DNA of 62,147 nt, filler included, from Dicyema japonicum (Eukaryota; Animalia; Dicyemida): assembly GCA_011109175.1 (NCBI GenBank). It is 7 parts of 7 records of this genome, joined end to end, with 100 filler letters (N's around TTAATTAATTAA, not from the genome) between each part and the next. Parts side by side here need not be neighbours in the genome. Positions count along the whole stretch, not along the records: positions 1 to 4,746 come from RDEW01000145.1; positions 4,847 to 29,383 come from RDEW01000143.1; 5 more parts are not named here. The stretch is one strand, 5' to 3'. The notes beneath the pieces were generated by a model that was given only the letters and a program-made list of their open reading frames with translations, was not told the origin of the DNA and did no database searches. This document shows, piece after piece, positions 1-9,258 of this stretch (its first letter is position 1; each line of letters starts with the position of its first letter). Both the position numbers and the translations under genes were made by a program.

Positions 1-350
1 ATGAAAAAATCTTTCATCGATACGAAATGATATTCTCTGCTCATTGTAATGGGAGAGAACAGTGTCAGTCATTTCTCTGGAAAAATGCACTAAGGAGAAC
101 TACGCTCCGTAGGCTGTGTCAGGTGGGAATCAGACCGATGCCACCAAGGTAAACGCACGTCTTCATACATTCAGCGTAATCTTCTAGTAAGCTGGTTGCA
201 CAGCATTTGGCCGGTAGGCCAGGGAGACGATCGGCACGATACGTGGAATTTCTTTCGCGCAGGCTTCGAGGATACAATCTCTTCTCAGGAATTGAATGCG
301 TTTCTCAGTTCAATCTTTGCGTGCCCGTCGAAAAAGAAGCAAACTCGCGG
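1..350 (-). mobile_element. Degenerate CRE-clade non-LTR retrotransposon reverse transcriptase fragment
   Basis: Minus strand reads AKIELRNAFNS then, after a frame disruption, DCILEACAKEIPRIVPIVSLAYRP. This resembles the CRE-type RT motif KLDFxNAFNSLRRDxML...LAY. Confidence 0.55.
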
Positions 351-524
351 AGTTGTAAATTCCTCAAAAACTATTGAATACGAAACGTATTAGGATTTTA
401 AAATTAATAATTTAATTTATTATTTTAAAAATTTATATTTTAACCTATTATACCTTTTTAATTGGTTAACCTGCACAGAAATAGTATTAAAAAGGAAGTT
501 AAATTCAATTTATCTAATTTATCG

Positions 525-1082
525 ATGTACGTTTCTGTCTCTTGGAAATTCGTGGAGGTATATCCAAAGAAATCTGCACTAGGTATCTCTTTGTTTCCTG
601 AAATACATTTTAGCGCACTGTCTTATTGTCAATCATGATTTAACTATCCTCTTTGAAAGCTTTATCACACCGAACCAATCAGTCACCAATTATCGGACTC
701 AATATGGAGGAGTCCATCCCTATGATTTGGATAACTCGATCTCATTTCGTAGCGCGAGATCAATTATATTCGATATCCTGAAAGTAATGATATGTTTGGT
801 CTATAGTTGTAGGACACACTCATAATTGGTCACGACCTTGGCCAATTTTTCGCTTGTTTAGAATTTAACATCATATATTTCGACTGTTTCGACACATATT
901 TGTGTCCGGAACTCATTGAAATGATGCAAAAATCTGGCAGCGAGAAGAGGTCATTGAAGGAAATGGCCAGAATCATTCTGGACTTTGACTTTGAAAATTA
1001 TGACTCGTGGTCCCGAATAAGATCTGCGCGGGATCTTTACTTATTAGTCGATTCTATACGAAACAACAGATTAGATTGGTGA
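525..1082 (+). CDS. ISG20/AEN/REXO4-like DEDDh exonuclease-fold protein, catalytic residues absent; start codon uncertain
   Basis: Splicing GT-AG introns 583-613 (31 nt) and 784-812 (29 nt) gives one frame: MYVSVSWKFVEVYPKKSALAHCLIVNHDLTILFESFITPNQSVTNYRTQYGGVHPYDLDNSISFRSARSIIFDILKDTLIIGHDLGQFFACL...SLKEMARIIL...SARDLYLLV. It is collinear with the REXO4/AEN pattern ARCSIVN...P...VTDYRT...GH...SLK.L. Confidence 0.8.
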
Positions 1083-1359
1083 ATTTTTAAAAAATTGTTT
1101 GGATTTTATTGTTTATTTAAAAAAGAAAATTAGGTTTAGAATATCGAGTCTGTTTTTAGAACAAATTTTTGAATAGAAAAGTGTTTCGGAAGTTAAAAAG
1201 GAAGAACAGACATTTTTGGAAATATAATATTTCCTAATTATATTAATTTCCTTTTTGTGTATATTAAAATTTTAAAAACCTCAACTCATTTTGCAAGTAA
1301 TCTCCGTATTTCATCTTCAAAAAATTGAAGATTTGGAACAATTCAAATAATGAAGTGGA

Positions 1360-1440
1360 CATTGCAAGGTACGCACTGTCACCGAAAATATTCGTACTTG
1401 TAATGGACCATTTGACTAGAATATTGCACGAAAAATACAC
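1360..1440 (+). mobile_element. Short RT fragment (RTE-like LINE)
   Basis: YALSPKIFVLVMDHLTRIL resembles RT motif QGsaLSPxLFxLVMDxL. Confidence 0.45.
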
Positions 1441-1619
1441 TATAGTGCCGATTTTGGGACCGGCCAAAAAATCGGCGGATTCGAGAGACAATTTAAATTT
1501 TAAATAATCAATTCTAATTGAAAGTTACAATCTTTAAAATCTATACAATCTTTAAAATTTCATTTATATAAATAATAAATATAAAAAATTATCTTTTTTA
1601 TTTGATTTTCTAAGCAGTT

Positions 1620-2150
1620 CGCCAATTTTCATAATATTTTTGTGATCATGTGTTCATCCATGCTTTGTTCGAATATGTGTACGTAACATAATTTCCGATG
1701 TTAAAATTTTTGAAACATCTAGGATTTTTGAATCTTCCTATCACCGGAACAATTTGCACATAATAATGAAAATCGATCCTTCGACAACTTTATTCCAGGC
1801 CTTGATTTTGTACATACACTTTTCGAAGGAATTTCCTTGTAAAAAAACACCGGTTTCATCAGCATTATAGACGTTATCCAATCCATATTATTTAATTTTT
1901 AAACTGATTATGTCGTTGAAATCAGTAATGGATTTTTCATTATGATTAATTGATCCCATATCGCCGTGATGTTTTCTTAGCTTAGGACCATTTCGGGTCT
2001 TGAACTTTTTTAGCCATCCACGGCTTCTTTAAATGCTCCGTCATTTTCTCCAAATTTAAGAGCCTTTGAAATGATTATTGAATCAGACAAAATTGCTCCC
2101 TTTGACTCCATTAGGTTAATCCACGCTACCAGTTTCTCATCAATTTCGCC
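1620..2150 (-). mobile_element. Degenerate pogo/Tigger transposase fragment (CENP-B HTH + start of DDE_1)
   Basis: Minus strand has GEIDEKLVAWINLMESKGAILSDSIIISKALKF, KDRFSLLLCANCSGD and SNKAWMN, with stops and frameshifts. Confidence 0.75.
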
Positions 2151-2262
2151 AAAAAATCGGCGGATTCGAGAAACAGGCGGATTCGAGAATCTTCCATAGG
2201 AAATTCAATATTTTTGACTAAAACAAGCGGATTCGAGAAACGGCGGATTCGAGAAGCAGNTT
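2148..2262. repeat. pogo-family subterminal repeat block (GCGGATTCGAGA x4)
   Basis: The block is near-identical to 37798-37903, which ends in ...TTTTACTG-TA, a pogo-type terminus. A single copy also occurs at 1463-1486. Confidence 0.75.
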
Positions 2263-2560
2263 GAGAATCCTACATACAGCTGTCCATGTGAGAAGCACTC
2301 GCTCTCTAAAAATAAGCCAACTACCGTTAATGACTGTCCTTGGGCCTTGTTTATTGTCATCGCAAAACTCATCCTCAACGAAAATTGTAGCCTTTTAAAT
2401 CTAAACGTTAATTCATCAGAAATAATCATACATAATTCCTCTGGCAGCCTAATTTTCTGATCTTGTATAGCTGAAGTAATCTCCCCATTTCCAATATCTA
2501 AAAGGATAATTGGAAATATGCTATTGATACCTTGTAAATGTGCACGTACATTTACATCTA
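2262..2560 (-). mobile_element. Helitron Pif1-like helicase C-terminal fragment with internal deletion
   Basis: FKRLQFSLRMSFAMTINKAQGQSLTVVGLFLESECFSHGQLYVGFS is the Helitron/Pif1 C-terminal signature. It is joined directly to LLDIGNG...IRLPEELC. Confidence 0.85.
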
Positions 2561-2990
2561 AGCTTAGCTTAACAGATAACCAACACACCAATCAAATACA
2601 CCAATTAAATTAAATACATAACTATCAAATTAAGCAGCATTTAGAGAAGCAGCAGAGAAAAAAACGGCACGCAAAGAAGAAGCAGGCAACACAATGTCAA
2701 GTTGAGAAAAAACAGTTTTACTTACTTACCTTAAGCCTTTTTATTTCAAATGTGATGGTGATGGTGGAATACGGCCCATTGCTGTTGGGAACGTCTTTAG
2801 ACGCCTGGCGGCCAAAATCATTTGCCGNTATAGGACCACCAGAAGGAGCAACTACAAGAGCACACATTTTAAATTAAAAAAATTAAAAAATTATTTTTAT
2901 TTTAAGAAATATGATAATACTAATAAAGATAAGTGAAAATCTTGTTTTTTTACATTCTCATCAGTGTCAATAAAATACAATGGTGTAGAG

Positions 2991-3060
2991 CAGGGTTTCC
3001 CAAACTTTTTATTTCGCGACACCCCTAAAAATGTTAACTTTATCCTCGGCACCCCTAAAT
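2991..3060. mobile_element. hAT terminal inverted repeat (left end)
   Basis: CAGGGTTTCCCAAAC is preceded by GTGTAGAG, which resembles an nTCTAGAn-type 8-bp target. Confidence 0.6.
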
Positions 3061-3219
3061 AATATTTTAAATAAATATTTGTTAAAAACTAAACTGAACA
3101 ATAATTAAGTCCTTAATCTAAAAATTATTTAACTTTTTTTAACAATTCTTTCAATTCGTGATCTGTTGATATTTCAAGAATTTGTTGATATTCAGAAAAA
3201 AATGCTAAAAATAACAATA

Positions 3220-4746
3220 CAGTCCGACCCCAAAATGGGGCAGACCCCAGGGGTGGGGCACCCTCGGATTTTGGGGCACCCCCGCATTTTGGGGCACTTT
3301 TTTTAAAATCAACATTTTGGCAGGATAAAATGAAAAATCAATAAAAAAGTATGGAAATTTTGGGGCACCGTAAAAAAATTTATTTAAAATTTTTAAGATA
3401 ATAAAATTATAATAAATTAATTACTATTTTTGTTTTATTTTCAGTTTTTATTTTTTGTTGTGGTTATGGATTACGAAACTAAATTGAAAATTGCTAAAGA
3501 AATTTTGAGGAACAATTTATCTGAGAGGCAACTAATAAGATAATAAAATTATAATAAATTAATTACTATTTTTGTTTTATTTTCAGTTTTTATTTTTTGT
3601 TGTGGTTATGGATTACGAAACTAAATTGAAAATTGCTAAAGAAATTTTGAGGAACAATTTATCTGAGAGGCAACTAATCACTAAGTACAAGACAAGTAAA
3701 GGAACTATATCAAGAATCAAACGAAATATTGTACCTTTCTTACACACCGGCAATACTAGTTCAGAGCTTTATGAGACATTTCACGCCGATAGAGAAAAAT
3801 TTGATGATCAAGTCTTTGAAATATTTCAAAAACTTCGGGTGGATAAAATTCCAATTTCAGGCCCTATTTTGAAAAAAATCGCCTTAGTTACGGCTTCAAA
3901 AATTGGATTTACTTCTTTTAAAGCTTCCAATGGGTGGCTTGATAGATTTAAATTACGACATGAGCTTCAATTCAAGTCAATATGTGGAGAAAAGGCCTCA
4001 TGCGAATTATCTCACGTAAAAGATTATTTTGAAAAATTCGACGTGAAAGTACTAAAATATGGACCTGAAAATGTATTTAATTGCGACGAAACCGCACTTT
4101 TTATTAAAAGAACTCCCCAAAAATCATTTGTTGAAAAAGGCGAACCGTGTTTTGGCTATAAACAAGGAAAAGAAAGACTCACTGTTCTTTTATGCTGCAG
4201 TTTAATTGGGGAAAAACTTGATCCGTTAATTATTGGAAAATACAAAAAACCTCGGTGCCTAAAAAATTTTGATGCNNNNNNNNNNNNNACTCCCCAAAAA
4301 TCATTTGTTGAAAAAGGCGAACCGTGTTTTGGCTATAAACAAGGAAAAGAAAGACTCACTGTTCTTTTATGCTGCAGTTTAATTGGGGAAAAACTTGATC
4401 CGTTAATTATTGGAAAATACAAAAAACCTCGGTGCCTAAAAAATTTTGATGCACAAGAGTTTGGGTTATTGTATTCGTCTTCTAAAAACGCATGGATGAC
4501 TGGAAAGACTTTTATGAGTTGGCTTACGCTAATAAATGAATTTTTTTGCAAAAACAACAGAAAAATATTATTGTTACTTGACAATGCAGGATGCCATAAA
4601 ACTGTTGAATGTTCAAATATCGAATTTTTATTTTTACCGAAAAATACAACGCCCTATTTACAACCTTTGGATATGGGAATAATCAAGGCTTTTAAAGATT
4701 ATTATTCAAGTTTTTTAATGGAATTTTTGTGTTTTCAAGATGTCGA
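3220..4746 (+). mobile_element. pogo/Tigger DNA transposon: left end plus near-intact transposase (likely ATG 3608), truncated by gap
   Basis: TA|CAGT terminus at 3218-3223 with subterminal TTTTGGGGCAC repeats. The ORF has HTH_psq-like and CENP-B HTH regions (ASNGWLDRFKLRH), followed by FNCDET, LLLLDNAGCH and QPLDMGII. Confidence 0.92.
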
Positions 4747-4846
4747 NNNNNNNNNNNNNNNNNNNNNNNNNNNNNNNNNNNNNNNNNNNNTTAATTAATT
4801 AANNNNNNNNNNNNNNNNNNNNNNNNNNNNNNNNNNNNNNNNNNNN

Positions 4847-5060
4847 GGCCACATTGACCATCGAAGTTTTAGAAGTCTGCTCCTCTTCATAGACTTGAAT
4901 TTGATGTGGTATGAGGTCATGGTGGTGTTCTTTCTCGTATACTAACCCATTAATACATTAGAGGTATTTGTTTTTAAGTTAAGAGCTGTTAGGCTTTGCA
5001 TGTTCGACGTGAAGATAGAAGACTAAGAAGGCCCTTAGCTTGCGCAGCCATGAGAAGAAT
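4847..5060 (-). mobile_element. Highly degenerate LINE RT remnant
   Basis: Minus strand RPISILL...KGLLSLLSSR resembles the YRPISLL RT motif; many stops. Confidence 0.4.
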
Positions 5061-6199
5061 ACTTATTGGTCTCTTAAACTAATAACTAATGACAAAAAGT
5101 ACGCACAAATAAGAATATTACCGCTGACGTAAAGAAGGTCGAACCTTCCCAATTATCAGTGCGGATTCGAGCGTCAAAATCAATATCACTGTCATCTTAA
5201 GTGAATTCAAAGGGAATTAATCATAAGAACCATGACTTAGTAAGCAGATTAGACTTGGTTAGGAAAACACGTTTTTACTACAAGACTTGGACTCTTCCTC
5301 TAGAATTTCAAAACATAAAGAATAAGACACTTTAGCTACGGACAGTTGACAAACTTTCCGAACTAATTCTAAAAAACCTACTTTCTATAGACAGAAAGGA
5401 TAACCTTTTCGATTTCATAAAATGTTTGGCGTTTTCTGCTAACTCAGTTATTAGGAATGGAAAAGAGTATGGGCGGTCAAATTGACTATTAAGTCTAAGG
5501 CAGACAGAACAAGCCTTCTTGATTGGCCTTGAGAAGATACTCTTTGAGTTGACAAGGAAGGCATCAGAGGTTACTAAGATATCAATTTTTTGACATGTTG
5601 CACAGTTCAGTCGACCAAAAAAATCCAACGTGTTGGAACGCACAAATTGAAAATGTGGATGCAAAATAAAATCGACGTCGAATTTTGCACAAAATGTGGC
5701 AATTCTGTACATGCTCTAAGTCATGTGGCCGGCCTAAGCAAAAGCAGCAACTCAACTCTACCTGAATCCTAAAAAAGAATTGAAAGAAATCGACGATAGG
5801 CCGATGGAGTGATGTCTTCTAAATATTCCTCATGATATGCCTGAGAATACAGAGACACTTTGGTCGAGCAATATTAGTATCATTAGCATGTAAATTTTTA
5901 GGATAACTAAAATTTCAAAAAATGGCATTTTTGTGTCATCTAAAAATTAATGTCGCGAGACATCCGTGTTACACATTCTATCGTGTTACATTTTGACCTT
6001 GAAATTTGACACCAATCAACCTTGATATTAATCCTCTGAAATTAATCCACTTAACACAATTCACAGCTTGAAAAATTAAATCACCACTAGACTAAATAAC
6101 TGTTGTTTTATTAATATTATTAATGTAATATTTAATTTTATAATTAAGTTATTATTTAATAAAAATAAATCTATTCAACCCTTAAAATTACAATAGATA

Positions 6200-6290
6200 C
6201 TAGATCCCTATGCGGCCTTCGGCCGCTGTTTTTTTTCTAATAGATACTATATCCCTGGCCTTTGGCCGCTGTTTTTTTGATAGACACTAA
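6200..6290 (-). mobile_element. Two tandem Helitron-like 3' termini
   Basis: Minus strand: GCGGCC-GAA-GGCCGC hairpin (6212-6226), 8 nt, then CTAG|T (6200-6203). A degraded second copy lies about 47 bp to the right. Confidence 0.7.
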
Positions 6291-6933
6291 TATAAATAAA
6301 CATAAAGAAATTCAATTTTATTACAAAAGTTTAACGAATTACTCTAATTAGGGATTTTAGCACTTCTTTTTCTTGTTCAGAATTTTTAATTCTAANNNNN
6401 NNNNNNNNNNNNNNNNNNNNNNNNNNNNNNNNNNNNNNNNNNNNNNNNNNNNNNNNNNNNNNNNNNNNNNNNNNNNNNNNNNNNNNNNNNNNNNNNNNNN
6501 NNNNNNNNNNNNNNNNNNNNNNNNNNNNNNNNNNNNNNNNNNNNNNNNNNNNNNNNNNNNNNNNNNNNNNNNNNNNNNNNNNNNNNNNNNNNNNNNNNNN
6601 NNNNNNNNNNNNNNNNNNNNNNNNNNNNNNNNNNNNNNNNNNNNNNNNNNNNNNNNNNNNNNNNNNNNNNNNNNNNNNNNNNNNNNNNNNNNNNNNNNNN
6701 NNNNNNNNNNNNNNNNNNNNNNNNNNNNNNNNNNNNNNNNNNNNNNNNNNNNNNNNNNNNNNNNNNNNNNNNNNNNNNNNNNNNNNNNNNNNNNNNNNNN
6801 NNNNNNNNNNNNNNNNNNNNNNNNNNNNNNNNNNNNNNNNNNNNNNNNNNNNNNNNNNNNNNNNNNNNNNNNNNNNNNNNNNNNNNNNNNNNNNNNNNNN
6901 NNNNNNNNNNNNNNNNNNNNNNNNNNNNNNNNN

Positions 6934-7268
6934 TCAAGACCGTTTGCAGACTGTGGAGGTGGAGAAAAAAAGGAAGTATGACTTTCTTGCAAACGAGATG
7001 GGGCAGATGCTTGGTTTCAAGGTCCTCGTTATTCCAAGAGTAATGATGTGGAAAGGAATTGCAAAAAAGTACCATAAGGGTTATCGAGAACAGTTAAAGG
7101 TAGATAGGAAGCTCCAGGCCTATCTACAGTCCACTGTTTTAAAGCGGACCCTAGAGAGCCTGACACTGGAGTATAGGAGGCAGAGCCCTGAGATGCCATA
7201 TGGACAGAGGGTTCAATTGTACAAGGCGCTCTCGGAGTTGTTTCAGCAACCAGAATCGAACCTGCCTG
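6934..7268 (+). mobile_element. C-terminal restriction-like endonuclease region of an R4/Dong-like non-LTR retrotransposon
   Basis: QTVEVEKKRKYDFLANEM...VLVIP.VMMWKG...YH...LQAYLQSTVLKRTLESL shows the K..KY and P.V..W.G motifs of RLE elements. Confidence 0.7.
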
Positions 7269-7539
7269 NNNNNNNNNNNNNNNNNNNNNNNNNNNNNNNN
7301 NNNNATATACATCCAAATGACAAATAAGAATCTTTATAAGAACGACGAACTGATTTACCCATAAGCACGTTGATGCGCACGTTATTAAAAAATTTATAAA
7401 TAATGGTTAACCAATGTAAATGTCATTTAATGTATAATAAAAAAATAATTATTTTAATTTTAGTAATTATTTTAATTCGTTTATCTTTTTAAATTAATTA
7501 AGTCAAAAATGTATATAAATTTATTCAAATTTGTATTTG

Positions 7540-7590
7540 GCAGGCGGCACACTAGAAATTGTCTTGCGGCACACCGTTTGACAACCTCTG
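7540..7590. mobile_element. hAT right end
   Basis: GCGGCACAC subterminal repeats followed by GTTTGACAACCTCTG (reverse complement CAGAGGTTGTCAAAC). Confidence 0.6.
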
Positions 7591-7979
7591 NCAGGATGGC
7601 TTTAAGTCATCATCTCGAGAGCCATTGTCAGAGGAAACAGGATGAGGATCTCTATATATCGTGGATAGTTCATTTTTGACGAGGATCTCTATATATCGTG
7701 GATAGAAATAGAAGTCCAAGACCCATTAGAGATTTCATCGATGACTATCTGAATATTGGAGATATAATATTTGTTTTGAGACAAAATAAATGTAAAAAGT
7801 ATCTCTAATTGATGCCCCTTAAGAGATAAATGATGCCACTCAAGAAATATTGTTATAAAAATTAATCTTCGAATCCAGATTTTCGAAAACTAATAACAAA
7901 TCATCAATCTAATATTAAAATATACAATTTACTATTTTAACATTGTGATTATAAAAAAGTGTGATTCTAAAATTTCCAC

Positions 7980-8542
7980 TTAATATTCCTTTCAGTCGAT
8001 TTTCCGCAATAAAATACCAATATTGAACATTTGGATCGTTAGATGGATCACAGTCATGTGCTAAATTAAATTGTCAAACCTTTTCCAATAAAATATGGAT
8101 ATGATAGTTTAGTGTAGTATTTTATCACCAAAGAATATAATGTGATAGTATTACCATTCTCAAAACTTACTGGCATATATCCGCATCTGTAATAATCTCC
8201 ATGTTTAATATTTGGAAGATTTTTTGTATTTGTGTAGGTTTTATTATCTTTGAGTGTTAACTATTAAATACTAGAATTTAATTTTAATTTTATTGAGATG
8301 TTGTAAAATTTGTCTGAGAATTCAATAAAAAATTGGTAGATCAAGTTATTTGTTTTGATTGTAATTGGCATTTCATCATAAAAGTGGTAAGAAATAGTTT
8401 CAATTGAATAATTGTTTGTCTACCATTATTATTTATAAAATACATTTGTAAGTGTACTTTTCAATAAACTTTTTACATATACTGACATTCGATGTTCAAA
8501 GTCGAAATTCGAGATTGAGGACAAAAATATTAACAACAACAT
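7980..8542 (-). CDS. Possible orphan secreted protein with micro-introns (structure not fully resolved)
   Basis: ATG at 8542 opens MLLLIFLSSISNFDF (signal-like). Stop-free AT-rich blocks follow: TNNYSIETISYHFYDEMPITIK, KDNKTYTNTKNLPNIKHGDYYRCGYMP and HDCDPSNDPNVQYWYFIAENR. One junction near 8270 could not be spliced. Confidence 0.3.
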
Positions 8543-9208
8543 AAGATGTAAAATGAACACGTCGATGTGTATAATTTGGGTCACTTTTTTTATTAATGAA
8601 TTTATTTTTAATAATTTGAAACAAATAATATTTATTTTAATTTTATAATTATATTTATTTTCATGAATTCATTAATCAAAAAACTCCTATTCATACTGCA
8701 ATGTTAACCGTCTTTAAGAATTTCATGGTATTTTATCGTAATCCATCATAAGTCATTCTGTTTTGTCGGAATCTTTAATGATCGAAGGAAAATTTAATCA
8801 GCGATATTCGTAAAATATCAAAATAACTATTTTATTACACAATCGAATAAATATTTGTTGTCAATTGACTTACTGTGTCTTTTAATTGAAAACGTATTTC
8901 TTTTAAATCGTCAGGAAAAATGGGATCTCAATTATGAGACTGTCTACTACTTGTTAACTGTTTGTTTTTTGTATTAAAACGTTTTTATTCAAAAAATATT
9001 AATACTAGGAGAATATTCTGAAGTGAATTGAATATAAAAATTAAAACCAGCATTAACAAATAATACAGATATTCATAAATAGGTGGCATAAAAGGAATTC
9101 AAACGAAAATCGTTAATTCATAGATGAATTTATTACTAAACTTTATTTTAAGTGTAAGAGCTGTAATTTTAATTAATCCAAGACATATCTAAGACATTGA
9201 AAATTTTC

Positions 9209-9258
9209 TTGACTTTTTTTTTGTTTGTGAGTCCCAGAAGACAATTCAGTTCCGCAGA
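9209..9258. repeat. Left half of ~86-bp structured element split by the LINE
   Basis: TTGAC-T-tract-GTTTGTGAGT...AGACAATTCAGTTCCGCAG matches 48104-48158. Confidence 0.7.

Noticed and set aside
3395-3678. 142-bp perfect tandem duplication at the transposase start
   Set aside because: The copies are identical and lie in a contig with other overlap artefacts. It cannot be distinguished from assembly error.
4111-4455. Duplicated ~165-bp segment within the pogo transposase
   Set aside because: Identical copies flank a short N gap, typical of an unmerged contig overlap.
4747-4846. Recurrent TTAATTAATTAA inside N runs (also 29384-29483, 38988-39087, 42412-42511, 45462-45561, 49902-50001)
   Set aside because: Each is exactly 44 N + 12 bp + 44 N = 100 bp with stops in all six frames. 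This is an artificial contig linker, not biology, and adjacency across these points is unreliable.
6357-7075. Long ORFs in the track spanning N runs (also 37.0-37.6, 47.3-48.05 and 52.9-53.8 kb)
   Set aside because: They consist almost entirely of X from gaps.
2991-7590. Pairing the hAT ends at 2991 and 7590 as one element
   Set aside because: The TIRs differ at 4 of 15 positions, no TSD could be matched, and they are separated by a contig linker.
7644-7705. 25-bp direct repeat GAGGATCTCTATATATCGTGGATAG with a 12-bp spacer
   Set aside because: Only two units with a short spacer in a eukaryotic TE-rich context. It is not CRISPR-like and is most likely a local duplication.
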